From: an uncultured bacterium
Lineage (GTDB): Bacteria > UBP6 > UBA1177
Reading direction: 5' to 3'
DNA: 49,338 nt
Assembly: GCA_947305505.1 (NCBI GenBank)
Contig: CAMZDX010000002.1
Coordinates: 1-49,338 of the forward strand
Below the pieces are notes generated by a model that ran no database searches, was not told the origin of the DNA, and saw only the letters and a program-made list of their open reading frames with translations. Position numbers and translations under genes: made by a program. Of the stretch, positions 24,113 to 33,283 are shown piece after piece (within the stretch, counting starts at the first letter, position 1; each line of letters starts with the position of its first letter).

Positions 24113-25786
24113 ATGAAAAACAGGTTCGCAAATTACGGCAATACAATGAAAGGAGATTCCTATGTTCACAGGAACAAACTGGAAAAACAGTTGCTTGATA
24201 GAACGGTAAATTATGACGATTATGGTTCAGTGAACGTGGTCGGTTTACAGAGAATGGGAAAATCTTCTTTGGTTTATAATGCTTTAGAGGCAAAAGCTGA
24301 TGAATTTTACGAAAAGAATGTTGTTATTGCGAAAATATCGGCTAATGAAATACCGACTAATGAAATACCGACTACTGAGCCTAAGCCTAATCCTGCTGAC
24401 AAATTTTTTAAAGATATGGTTCAAGAAGTTTTTGAAGTTATGAAAGAACACAACGATGTTGATGAAATTCTGCAGAAACGTTATGAAGAATTTAAAAATG
24501 ACGACATTGTTAAAGAAGGCAGTTTTTCTTTGAGAAAGTTCTTTAAAAGGATAAAAAAATCAGATAAACGCGTTGTCATGATTATTGATGAGTTTGATTA
24601 TTCTGCAAAAATTTTCTCCGATTTTCCTGAGGGTTTTAATATTTTGAGACAGTTGGCTTATGAACCTGAAACCCATGTTGCTTTTATTTTTGTTTCAAGA
24701 AGGCGGGCAGAGTATTTGGAACGTAAATGTGAAGGTATATCGCCTTTTCACAATATTCTTGATTACGTATATGTGAAAGGATTTTCCGATGAGGAGTTGG
24801 AAGAATATTTCAAATGCTGCGAAAAATCAGGTGTCACTCTTGACGATAAAGAACGAGAAACTCTCAAATCCATTACCGGTGGTCAGCCCTATTGGTCTGA
24901 CATTATGCTTAAAGCTTATAAAGAAGAAAAAGAGAACAATGAAAATACAGATCTTGAAACTGTTTTTCATAAAAACATTGATAAATTTCACGGCAAATAT
25001 GGAGGATTCCAGCACACACTTGATTTGTTGGAAGAACAGGGGCTTCTGAACAAGCTTTATCAGATAGTATTCGGACCGATGGAACCTGACTGCACCAGAA
25101 GCGATATCCAGACTTTATATAATTACGGAATCATTGTTGATAAAGATAAATCAACTGTTATCTCAGACAAATTTTATGACTATCTGAAATCGAAAGAGCG
25201 TGAAGTTGATTTCTATCCTCTCTGGCACGAGACCGAGACGGGGTTAAGAAAAATACTCAAGAATAAACTGAAAATAAAAGAAGAGTACAAGCCTGATTGG
25301 GAAAGACATCTTATAGAAAGCTATCTTCTTAATGACCCAAAAGAACTAATGAAACTGCTCGAGATACATTTTTTTAAAAATCACATGGAAAACGATTACA
25401 TTTTACAATCACAAGATTCTAAGAGACCGTATTCCAAGAAAGATTATTATCTTTCGTACGATTTGGATGAGGCGATAAAGCAGAAAAACAGAATGCTGAA
25501 TAATAAAATTTGTTATGACAGCAACAAAGACATCACAATTGTTGAAGCCTTGTATACCAAAGGTCTATTTCTGCTCTATGATTTTGAGTATTCTAAACTT
25601 CAATTGGATAAAATATTCGGAGATAAGGATAAATTCGTTGAAAAGTCCATCCATCTAAGCAAGGCAAGAAATCCCTATCAGCATAACAACGAAGAATTGC
25701 TTAACGATGATTACAAAAAGAAGACAAAAGAATACTGCGAAGCTCTTTACAACAGTATAAGAGCATTTTTAGAAAACCAGAAATAG
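24113..25786 (+). CDS. P-loop NTPase fused to a Swt1-like HEPN domain (gene B)
   Basis: Walker A GLQRMGKSS and Walker B VVMIIDEFD. C-terminal HEPN motif ARNPYQH (R at 25667..25669, H at 25682..25684), preceded by WHETETGLRKILKNKL. GGAG RBS 11 nt after the gene A stop. Confidence 0.75.
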   Translation: MKNRFANYGNTMKGDSYVHRNKLEKQLLDRTVNYDDYGSVNVVGLQRMGKSSLVYNALEAKADEFYEKNVVIAKISANEIPTNEIPTTEPKPNPADKFFKDMVQEVFEVMKEHNDVDEILQKRYEEFKNDDIVKEGSFSLRKFFKRIKKSDKRVVMIIDEFDYSAKIFSDFPEGFNILRQLAYEPETHVAFIFVSRRRAEYLERKCEGISPFHNILDYVYVKGFSDEELEEYFKCCEKSGVTLDDKERETLKSITGGQPYWSDIMLKAYKEEKENNENTDLETVFHKNIDKFHGKYGGFQHTLDLLEEQGLLNKLYQIVFGPMEPDCTRSDIQTLYNYGIIVDKDKSTVISDKFYDYLKSKEREVDFYPLWHETETGLRKILKNKLKIKEEYKPDWERHLIESYLLNDPKELMKLLEIHFFKNHMENDYILQSQDSKRPYSKKDYYLSYDLDEAIKQKNRMLNNKICYDSNKDITIVEALYTKGLFLLYDFEYSKLQLDKIFGDKDKFVEKSIHLSKARNPYQHNNEELLNDDYKKKTKEYCEALYNSIRAFLENQK

Positions 25787-25798
25787 TGAGGTGAAATC

Positions 25799-28537
25799 AT
25801 GACGGAAAAAAACGAAAACGAACTTCTGCTTATAAAAGCGGCAGTTTATGCAGGTTTTACAATTTTAGTTTTGCAAGATGAATCTAAAAGATTAAAGAAA
25901 TTCGGAAGTTTCAATGGATATTTGAACCTATGCGGACAATTCGGAATTTATTTCAACCATATTAATAAATTGCAGAATGTGCAGCAAAATATTGATGATT
26001 TTAAGACACTTGTTTCCATATTAGATAGTTGCATAGCAAAAAAAGAAATAAATTCTGAGAGATATCAAGACTTTTTTGCGAATGCAAATAACTTTTTTCA
26101 GGAATTAAAGCCTTACGCCGAAGCTTATTATGAAGTTAAAACAAAAAATTTAAAATTGAACAAATTAGGTTTTTACTGCACAACCGGTAATCAAGCAGTT
26201 CCCAAACCTGCAGTTGTTAAAACACCTCAAGAAAATGCAATCACAAGCACCCAAGAACATACCAAAGAAAAAACAAATCCGATCGTTCCTGAGAAACATT
26301 CGGAAAACAGAGACTTATCGTCAAAAGTCAAGACGGAAGTTCCCAAGAACTCAAGTGGAAATTCGGTAAAAAAAATGAAACCGATTGACTTGGATAAGAA
26401 ACTTAAACCTGTTAAAAAGATAGCAAATATAAAATTCAACGATTTTACTGATTTTTCCGCTGATTCCGCAGAATTGAACATATACATTGATGAGGCATGG
26501 CCTTGGCCTGGTAAAGATTATAACACTTTTGTTCCTCAGAATCCTGATGATAAAAAGACAGGCGTTATTGCCGGAATAGTTTGGCTCGGAAGCGAAACAG
26601 ATCCCGAAATCCTGCCTAAAATAGGGACTCATTTGCGGGAAGAAATAAAACCATATAGTGATACAGGCAAACCTATTCCGGAACAAATTGAAAAAATTTT
26701 AATGCCACCTATCCAAAACCTGCTGAACTGTAAAAAAGCTATGCCTTTTATTTTTCCGTTAAATATTGAATCAGAAATAGATTGGCAAAATGACTACTTC
26801 CCTATTTTTGAAGCTGCGATTAAAATCCTTCTCGGCTGGGTTCTTCCTCAAAACGGTAAAAAATGCAATGTCTGCATATATCCTGAACATATAGGCAAAT
26901 TCGTTGATGGAAGAAGTAAGTCGGAATATTTCAGAGGAGTTCTTAGTCAGGCCATGAAAAATACCGGGCGTTTTTCCCGATTTAATATTAAAAAAGTCGA
27001 ATGGCAGGACAAAGAATTCGGATATATTCCTTACGGAGATCTGCTCGGCTATATGACATTGCCGATATACAATAGTCTTGTTTTTAAAAAAATGGCTCGA
27101 TGTGAAGAGCTTGCAGGTTATCTGCCGATTTCCATCGGACTGTTCGAACTGCTTTCAAGACTTGATATCATAGAGGAAACCAAAAATGTTGATGATATCT
27201 ACAATCTTATCGACAGCATTTACGGCACAAAAATTTACAATTTTATTATGTCGGATCTGAAAAAACGCTTGGAAAACAATGTCGAATTGAAAACGAAGAT
27301 CCTAGAGTCAATAGAAGCTAAATACTTGGCTAAAAACCGAGACTTGAGGAAGCTCCGCTGGTATTTCAAGGAAATCATGCCCTTTATAGAGTCTCTTGAA
27401 GAAACCGCAGACACAGTAACAAAACTTATGTTTACATCGGTAAGGCTTCAGGATGCGAACCACGAGGGAAATCCCGCTAAAATAGAAAAATATCTCGCGG
27501 ATTATGATGAAAAATGGGCAAAAGCGATTCAGTTGAGAGAATTTGAGATTGCAGCCGACTGTGAACTTCATCTTGCAGTCCACTACAACGATATGTTCCA
27601 GTTTGACAAAGCTTTTGAAACATTGAAAAGAAACGAAAAATATTTCGACTATTTCAAACTTCCGACTGTCGCCAAATTTTACAGCAGTTTGGGGCAGAAC
27701 AAGTCTATAAATAAGAATTTTGGCGAGGCGAAACGCTGGTTCGACAAGGCTCTGGAAGAGTTCAACAAATCGGAAGACCGCAACAAAGCCCTGGAAATCG
27801 AGCAGACTTCGGTTTACCGCCTTTTCAACGCATTGGAAGGCAACGATCCTGAATATCCAAAAATGTTCACCGGATTTTTCGGTACTTCACCTGAAATTGC
27901 CGCCAAATTCGCTAATGAAAATTCTGTAGCCGACCAGTACAAGCACCATCTTCTTGTCCGTTCTCTCTTCTCACGCAATGATCTCGGCGAATTCAAAACA
28001 GCCTATCTTGCAGAAAAGAAAAACTGGAATTTCCTCCCGCAGCATCCGTGGCAACTCATAGAATTTTACAGAGCGATGCTGGAAAACGACTCTGAAAAAT
28101 CTTACGTTCACATGAAAAATGCTTTGGCAATCTGTGAAAATGAAGAGCACGGCGGAGTAATTTATCTGATCGGAGCAGTGATCGCGGCAGCAGGAGCAAC
28201 AAAATTCACCGGAGACAAAAAAGAAGATCTTCAGCAAAAAGCTCTCGAATTTGTTGAAAAAGCAGAAAATATGCGCGTAGCCGGGAAAAAAACAGCAATG
28301 CTTAGCGAAAAAATAAAGGAAAATATTTATCTTATCGGAACAGTAATCGCGACAGCAGGAGCAACAAAATTCACCGGAGCAAAAAAAGAATTCCTTCAGA
28401 AAAAAGCAACCGAATTTGCGGAAAAAGCAGAAAGTATGCGTGTTGCGGGAAGTGCTGCGGCAATGCTTAGCGAAAAAATAAAGGAAAATTGCGGAATTGA
28501 AAATATTCTGGAGATTTTACCGTTTAATTACAGATAG
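25799..28537 (+). CDS. Large protein with a DUF3800-like central region and C-terminal TPR-like repeats (gene C)
   Basis: GAGGTG RBS 12 nt after the gene B stop. LNIYIDEAW...GVIAGIVW...IPYGDLLGYM weakly resembles the DUF3800 pattern. The C-terminal half is helical-repeat and ends in a 55-aa tandem duplication. Confidence 0.7.
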   Translation: MTEKNENELLLIKAAVYAGFTILVLQDESKRLKKFGSFNGYLNLCGQFGIYFNHINKLQNVQQNIDDFKTLVSILDSCIAKKEINSERYQDFFANANNFFQELKPYAEAYYEVKTKNLKLNKLGFYCTTGNQAVPKPAVVKTPQENAITSTQEHTKEKTNPIVPEKHSENRDLSSKVKTEVPKNSSGNSVKKMKPIDLDKKLKPVKKIANIKFNDFTDFSADSAELNIYIDEAWPWPGKDYNTFVPQNPDDKKTGVIAGIVWLGSETDPEILPKIGTHLREEIKPYSDTGKPIPEQIEKILMPPIQNLLNCKKAMPFIFPLNIESEIDWQNDYFPIFEAAIKILLGWVLPQNGKKCNVCIYPEHIGKFVDGRSKSEYFRGVLSQAMKNTGRFSRFNIKKVEWQDKEFGYIPYGDLLGYMTLPIYNSLVFKKMARCEELAGYLPISIGLFELLSRLDIIEETKNVDDIYNLIDSIYGTKIYNFIMSDLKKRLENNVELKTKILESIEAKYLAKNRDLRKLRWYFKEIMPFIESLEETADTVTKLMFTSVRLQDANHEGNPAKIEKYLADYDEKWAKAIQLREFEIAADCELHLAVHYNDMFQFDKAFETLKRNEKYFDYFKLPTVAKFYSSLGQNKSINKNFGEAKRWFDKALEEFNKSEDRNKALEIEQTSVYRLFNALEGNDPEYPKMFTGFFGTSPEIAAKFANENSVADQYKHHLLVRSLFSRNDLGEFKTAYLAEKKNWNFLPQHPWQLIEFYRAMLENDSEKSYVHMKNALAICENEEHGGVIYLIGAVIAAAGATKFTGDKKEDLQQKALEFVEKAENMRVAGKKTAMLSEKIKENIYLIGTVIATAGATKFTGAKKEFLQKKATEFAEKAESMRVAGSAAAMLSEKIKENCGIENILEILPFNYR
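28160..28489 (+). repeat. 165-bp in-frame tandem duplication (2 units) inside gene C
   Basis: The units 28160..28324 and 28325..28489 encode IYLIGAVIAAAGATKFTGDKKE...MLSEKIKEN and IYLIGTVIATAGATKFTGAKKE...MLSEKIKEN. Confidence 0.9.
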
Positions 28538-28580
28538 TGGCCGCCTGTGAATAAGTTTGCGGTAAGGACAATCTAAAAAA

Positions 28581-29834
28581 TCATAACTCCAACTTATTCA
28601 AAAGGGTTTCTACAGCTTTTTTCCCTTCTTCATAGACTTTCGGAATGTCAGCCACTGACGGAAGTTTGCCTGTTATATCTTTTGCACCTCCGTGGGCGAC
28701 ATTGTTCCTGCGATGTCCAAGATTTTCTAATTCCGGATATATTTTCGCCTTTCTTACGGCTCTATTTAAACACGTTTTTCCATGATCCTGCCACCATACA
28801 TAGTCTCCGATACTCTTTCCGCCTGCTTCACCGAACTTTTCCGCAATCGCAGTTTCGACCGTATTCTGAAGAGTGATTACGGCCTGGGTCTTGAGATCGT
28901 GTTCATACAAATAGGCTGAATAATTATAAAGCGTTCGTGACAATGAGCGCTGATCTTCCAGTTTTATCACCTCTTGCAAAGGAACTTTGATTTTTTCGAT
29001 CCATACCGGCGAGCCTTCAGGAACACATTCTAATGCAGATTGAATCTTTCTGATTACATCCGGCAGCTGAAGGGCAAAATTAGCCTGAACTATATCAGAC
29101 ATGAATTCTACTGCACCAGCCCCCTGAGGCCATTCAGGTTTTATCAACCTGGCCAAAGTAAAACCGTCCAATTTTTTGATAAAAACCTGTAATGCTGCCG
29201 AAATCTGCGAATAACGCCAGTATTCGCTCAAATTTCTTGCATACGCCGGTTTATCCTTGCTGGTAAACTCGCCATATACAAGCTCAATTTTTCTTTCGGC
29301 ATCATCTGAAAAATGGTATTGCATTGCCTGATAAAAAAGCATCGGCATCGATCTGAATCCGTGGGTCATATCGAAAAGGACATCGTTGTTTTCCTTGATA
29401 ATAGGATAAATGGAACTGTAGCATTCAAAAAGTTCCCGAACATGATCCTGATCAACCAGCGGAGTGTGCACTTTGATAGTCACCGGAATGCCGAAACGCC
29501 TTTCGAGATAGGTTTCCAGCTCTGTTCTCAACGATTCCGTTATACCTTTTTTAATTCCGTCTTTTTCTGTAGAGGCCTCCTTCAGTTCTTCCCATAGTTC
29601 TGCATCTTTTTCCGTAAGCTCCTCATCTTCAGCCTTCACCAGAGCATCCCATGACGAAGTTTCAGTTCCGATAACAATAAGTTGGTCAATATTTCTGTAT
29701 TTTCCCTTCAGCAGAGCTTCCATAAAGAGTCTTGTTTTAAAATGCTGCGTTTCGCTCAAAAAGTAATCAGTTTCGACATATCCTTCTTTCTTATACATGC
29801 CCGTTCCGACAGATGTGATCAATGTGTAAGCCAT
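28581..29834 (-). CDS. csx1: Csx1/Csm6-family CARF-HEPN protein (DxTHG type)
   Basis: N-terminal LITSVGTG...LIVIGTETS, DxTHG motif FDMTHGFR, and C-terminal HEPN motif HRRNNVAHGG. GGGAG RBS. Confidence 0.8.
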   Translation of the reverse strand: MAYTLITSVGTGMYKKEGYVETDYFLSETQHFKTRLFMEALLKGKYRNIDQLIVIGTETSSWDALVKAEDEELTEKDAELWEELKEASTEKDGIKKGITESLRTELETYLERRFGIPVTIKVHTPLVDQDHVRELFECYSSIYPIIKENNDVLFDMTHGFRSMPMLFYQAMQYHFSDDAERKIELVYGEFTSKDKPAYARNLSEYWRYSQISAALQVFIKKLDGFTLARLIKPEWPQGAGAVEFMSDIVQANFALQLPDVIRKIQSALECVPEGSPVWIEKIKVPLQEVIKLEDQRSLSRTLYNYSAYLYEHDLKTQAVITLQNTVETAIAEKFGEAGGKSIGDYVWWQDHGKTCLNRAVRKAKIYPELENLGHRRNNVAHGGAKDITGKLPSVADIPKVYEEGKKAVETLLNKLEL

Positions 29835-29888
29835 TTTTTACTCCCAAAAAAGCCAAAATATAAAACATTTATGCCAAAGAGCACCGTT

Positions 29889-29916
29889 TTTATACTGAAT
29901 TTCAAGGTTTTATCAA
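29889..29916 (-). promoter_or_regulatory. Putative sigma-70 promoter of csx1 (TTGATA-N16-TATAAA)
   Basis: Read on the minus strand, upstream of the ATG at 29834. Confidence 0.4.
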
Positions 29917-30139
29917 CGCTTCTTTTATTGTTGAAAAACAGAATTTTTCCGCTGACCTCACCACTTTTGTTCCCCTCTCTAACCTCATCCCCACCCTTCT
30001 CCAGTGTGACGAAGGGAGCAAATTCAGGAGATGGGATCTGTCGGAGCTTAGGTCCGCTCGCCCGCATAAGGAATCGGCGACGGCAGTCGTAATAACGTAA
30101 TATCGATATCACGAAAATATTTGCCGCCGCATACATCTC

Positions 30140-30175
30140 CATCCAACCAGAGCCAGGCAGACGTTTCAGGAAACG
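30140..30175 (-). repeat. Fossil CRISPR repeat
   Basis: caaccagagcc (30144..30154) matches the repeat core exactly. The rest has decayed. Confidence 0.3.
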
Positions 30176-30232
30176 TCTCTGCAAAACACCAACGAAATCA
30201 AAGCCTTAACAGTAGAGACGTAACCTGATACG

Positions 30233-30476
30233 TCTCAAATTGGAGCCCGGGTTCTGCCTACATTAAACTAAGTGTTTAATAATATTTTATTTGGAGGTGA
30301 ACATTTCAACCAGAGCCCGGGTTCTGCCTACATTAAACTGTTGAATCTATAAAGGATCTTGGTGACAAAGGTTTCAACCAGAGCCCGGGTTCTGCCTACA
30401 TTAAACAAAGAACTGGTCACGTTTCGATAAAGGGATCACTGTTTCAACCAGAGCCCGGGTTCTGCCTACCTGTAAC
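30233..30476 (-). CRISPR. CRISPR array: four 36-bp repeats, three spacers of 34/32/34 bp
   Basis: Plus-strand repeat is GTTTCAACCAGAGCCCGGGTTCTGCCTACATTAAAC, at 30233 (degenerate), 30303, 30371 and 30441 (degenerate end). Strand is tentative: the minus-strand reading ends in GTTGAAAC. Confidence 0.85.
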
Positions 30477-30711
30477 TCTCTACTCTCATCGTAAAGGCAC
30501 TTTTTCTCGCCTCTTTGTCTCCGCTGCCGCCGAAAATCAGTGTTTCTTTTCTTTTGAGCTCATCCAACTTTAAATTTGAATTTGCCGCTCTCCACCAGAA
30601 ACGCATCGAAGCCTTGATCTCAGGCACGCGGATCTCACATTTTGTCTGATCCGCACCGCTTGAAAACATCGGTGTCACAACGCGGCACTTGCAAATAATC
30701 GTTTCACTCAT
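30466..30711 (-). pseudogene. cmr1: Truncated cmr1 (type III-B RAMP), N-terminal 81 codons only
   Basis: VTPMFSSGAD..IRVPEIKASMRFWWRAAN..LIFGGSGDKEARKSAFTMRVE matches the Cmr1 N-terminus. The frame ends at a TAG inside CRISPR repeat 4. Confidence 0.7.
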
Positions 30712-32058
30712 TCACTCCTCCCTTTTTATCAATTTATCGTAAAAATCCTGTCCGTCCTGATATGTTTTTTTCGGTCCGTCGTTTCCCTTCGATCCTATTC
30801 TGATACCGTTGCGCAGAAAATCGACATCCAAACCTTCCTTTACTCTGCCGTATATTTTGCCGTACAGAGGCGGGAACTCGCTGTATTGCAGAAGATTGAA
30901 TATTATGAGGCTCGCATCCTCTTTTTCGCGTCCTTTGTCATCACCGTTTATATCACGGTAGATCATCTCGACATTGTGATAGAGCCTCGCTATTGACTGG
31001 ACTGCTGTAGCCATAAGCCGGTTTCCGCTAGTAAAATTGAAGATGATTCTCGTCCCCGACGAAATGTCGCGGGAATTAAAGTATCTTTTGAGACTTGCTT
31101 CGGCTTCAAGCAGCGACGATGATGACAATTTCTGCTTTTCCGGAGTTATGCCTCTGTATTTTTCCGCGATCTCGCAAATTTCATCGGCATTCACTTCAGA
31201 AGTTTCTGAATGCCAGAGGACAATCTTCTTTGCATTTACAAGCACGATGGAGGCGATCTGCGGAGAAAGCGCGGCACCGACAAGTATGTGGAGTTCGTCT
31301 ACTTCTTCAGGAAATTCGCGGTCGACGATCGGCTTTACACCTTTTTTCGAGATAAGATTCACTGCCGTTTCGACAGTATCCACAGAAAACATGTCAAGCA
31401 TCTTTTCTTCATCAGAAAGAGAACCGATGTTTTCCTGCGGAATAACGAATTTCTTTTTTGTTTTCAGTGTCAGCTTTCTGCCGAGCCCGACTTTTTTTAT
31501 ATTACCGTTTTTACCAGCATCGCCTGTAACGATCCAATTTTTTGCCGCCTCATAGACATGCTCTCTCATTTCAGGCTCGAGAAGCCTCGCTGCAAGCGCC
31601 TCGGCAAGTCTGTACGAACCATCGGTTCCGCTCCATCCTCGTTTCCAAACGCAGTCTTTGGAATCGAAGAAAAATGTTCCGCCGTTACTGCTTCTGACAC
31701 ACAATCCCCACTCCGGATTTGCTCCGGTTTCTATAGGGAAAAACATCGCGGAATAATCATATTTGTCGAGTTCGGCGAAAGACGCTTCATTATCAGAAGA
31801 CTTGAAAGGGATCATGTCTTTGAAACGGCTCTTTATCTTCCGGATTTCTTCGTTTTCCTCATTTTTATCTATCATCATCAGCGCAAGCGATGCCAAATCA
31901 ACGAACAAACCGGCAACATCATCATTTTCAGGAAACTTTTCGAATGTTATTCCGTTAAAATCTTCTGTCTTGTACGGAAAATTGTCAAAAAACCATCCGA
32001 GCAGACGTTTTTTTGACATAATTTCAATGTGACCGGGATCGAAGATATTAACTACCAT
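30712..32058 (-). CDS. Lon-type (S16) protease domain fused to a C-terminal CARF domain (CalpL-like)
   Basis: GTDGS148YRLAEALAARLL...IVTGDAGKNGNIKKVGLGRK195LTLKTKKKFVIPQEN fits the Lon Ser-Lys pattern. LHILVGAALSPQIASIVLV...IIFNFTSGNRLMATAV is CARF-like. Confidence 0.6.
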   Translation of the reverse strand: MVVNIFDPGHIEIMSKKRLLGWFFDNFPYKTEDFNGITFEKFPENDDVAGLFVDLASLALMMIDKNEENEEIRKIKSRFKDMIPFKSSDNEASFAELDKYDYSAMFFPIETGANPEWGLCVRSSNGGTFFFDSKDCVWKRGWSGTDGSYRLAEALAARLLEPEMREHVYEAAKNWIVTGDAGKNGNIKKVGLGRKLTLKTKKKFVIPQENIGSLSDEEKMLDMFSVDTVETAVNLISKKGVKPIVDREFPEEVDELHILVGAALSPQIASIVLVNAKKIVLWHSETSEVNADEICEIAEKYRGITPEKQKLSSSSLLEAEASLKRYFNSRDISSGTRIIFNFTSGNRLMATAVQSIARLYHNVEMIYRDINGDDKGREKEDASLIIFNLLQYSEFPPLYGKIYGRVKEGLDVDFLRNGIRIGSKGNDGPKKTYQDGQDFYDKLIKREE

Positions 32059-33224
32059 GGAACATAAACCTCGAGAACGACCTGTGAAGCCGCTGTTACA
32101 GGCAGGAACAAAGCCTCAGGAATGAGATGTTCTAGATTTGCGACTCCTTTGCGGATCTCGCCGAAACCGATGTTATTCCCGTTTCTTAAATCCCTGAGTA
32201 CAAAAACCATGCCGTCAGGAACAGCCGCATCTTTATCTACGCTCCATGTCGGAAGTTCGTGCTCCTGCTCAAGTTTTTCGCAGCTGCCAGCATCGAGTCT
32301 GATTGCAGAATCAAGCGCTGCTGCGAAATGTCCGACTGCAAGATCCCCTTTTCTGACCACGATCCTGCTTACCTCTTCATCGCCTGCAGCGGATTTGCGG
32401 AAAGGAACCGATTCATATTTTTTCAACTCATCAACAGAGACCAAATGTTCATTTTGCCACTCAGCTCTCGCCATTTCAGCATCAGCCATTGCCGGAACAT
32501 AGTCGGCCTTTGCCATAAGTCTTCTTTCCTCTCTGCCGTAACGCGTCATTTTGTTTTCGGAAAAGAAGTAATCATTCACAACTGGCGCGATCTCATCTAT
32601 ATTGTCAACCGAAGCAACTTTGCGCGTGCAGTCGATCTGGGAAAAACTTAACGGATAACAGAGCCACTTATGAAGGATCCAGCCATTTTCCAGCTCCATA
32701 TCCTGACCTGCGACAGCATCGCCGGCGTAATCCGGTGTTACAACAACACATCTGAAAATCCTGCCCCACGGCATTTTGTTTCCGTTGTCAAGAAGAAGTA
32801 CCGCCTGCGGAAGGAAAGTATAAACACAATAGTTTCTGCCGTTGTCAAAGACTTTGAGTTTGCTTTTGGTATAGAAAATATCGCCTTTCTGCGGAACATA
32901 AACAGATTTTCCCGCCTTCTTTCCGATATTGAGTTTTTCAGAAGGCGCAGGAAGCGAATCCATAATTTTGCGCATTTCTTCATCCGAAAGAGAAAAACCT
33001 TTCTCGACTCCGGACGATTTGCGTTCGAGTTTTCTCAAAGCCGCTCTGCAGTTTATATCTGTTTCTATCTGGTGTACCAAATCGGAATCAAGCTTTTCCG
33101 GTTCTTTTATGAATTTTACCAAAGTATCTTCCGACGGAACACTCGGAGCTTCCGACGGATCATCCCAAAGATACATTTCCCTTGAATAATTTTCAATCAG
33201 TTGTCTCTGTTTTTCACTGAGCAT
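32052..33224 (-). CDS. CalpT-like protein: anti-sigma-like N-terminal helix plus MazF/PemK-like domain
   Basis: Start moved to MLSEKQ (GGAG RBS). LVKFIKEPEKLDSDLVHQIETDINCRAALRKL resembles zf-HC2-type anti-sigma factors. VPQKGDIFYT..RIFRCVVVTPDY..LSFSQIDCTRKV is MazF-like. Tentative. Confidence 0.4.
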   Translation of the reverse strand: MLSEKQRQLIENYSREMYLWDDPSEAPSVPSEDTLVKFIKEPEKLDSDLVHQIETDINCRAALRKLERKSSGVEKGFSLSDEEMRKIMDSLPAPSEKLNIGKKAGKSVYVPQKGDIFYTKSKLKVFDNGRNYCVYTFLPQAVLLLDNGNKMPWGRIFRCVVVTPDYAGDAVAGQDMELENGWILHKWLCYPLSFSQIDCTRKVASVDNIDEIAPVVNDYFFSENKMTRYGREERRLMAKADYVPAMADAEMARAEWQNEHLVSVDELKKYESVPFRKSAAGDEEVSRIVVRKGDLAVGHFAAALDSAIRLDAGSCEKLEQEHELPTWSVDKDAAVPDGMVFVLRDLRNGNNIGFGEIRKGVANLEHLIPEALFLPVTAASQVVLEVYVPW

Positions 33225-33283
33225 TTTAATCTCCATTATTAAAAAAAATCAGAATGCACCATTAACATAAAGCGTTTCTCCCG

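Noticed and set aside
24344-24373. 15-bp perfect tandem duplication (aatgaaataccgact, two units) inside gene B, encoding NEIPT-NEIPT.
   Set aside because: It is real but trivial: an in-frame slippage event in a linker, with no evident functional implication.
29819-30184. 121-aa ORF between csx1 and the CRISPR array.
   Set aside because: It has no RBS. It overlaps the csx1 start and the csx1 promoter, runs through the fossil repeat, and has a low-complexity, implausible sequence.
30159-30236. GAGACG...CGTCTC (BsmBI/Esp3I) site pairs next to a CRISPR repeat, as a sign of an engineered Golden Gate cloning cassette.
   Set aside because: The surrounding sequence is a decayed natural array embedded in a native cas/accessory context. 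The sites are simply the arms of two hairpins.
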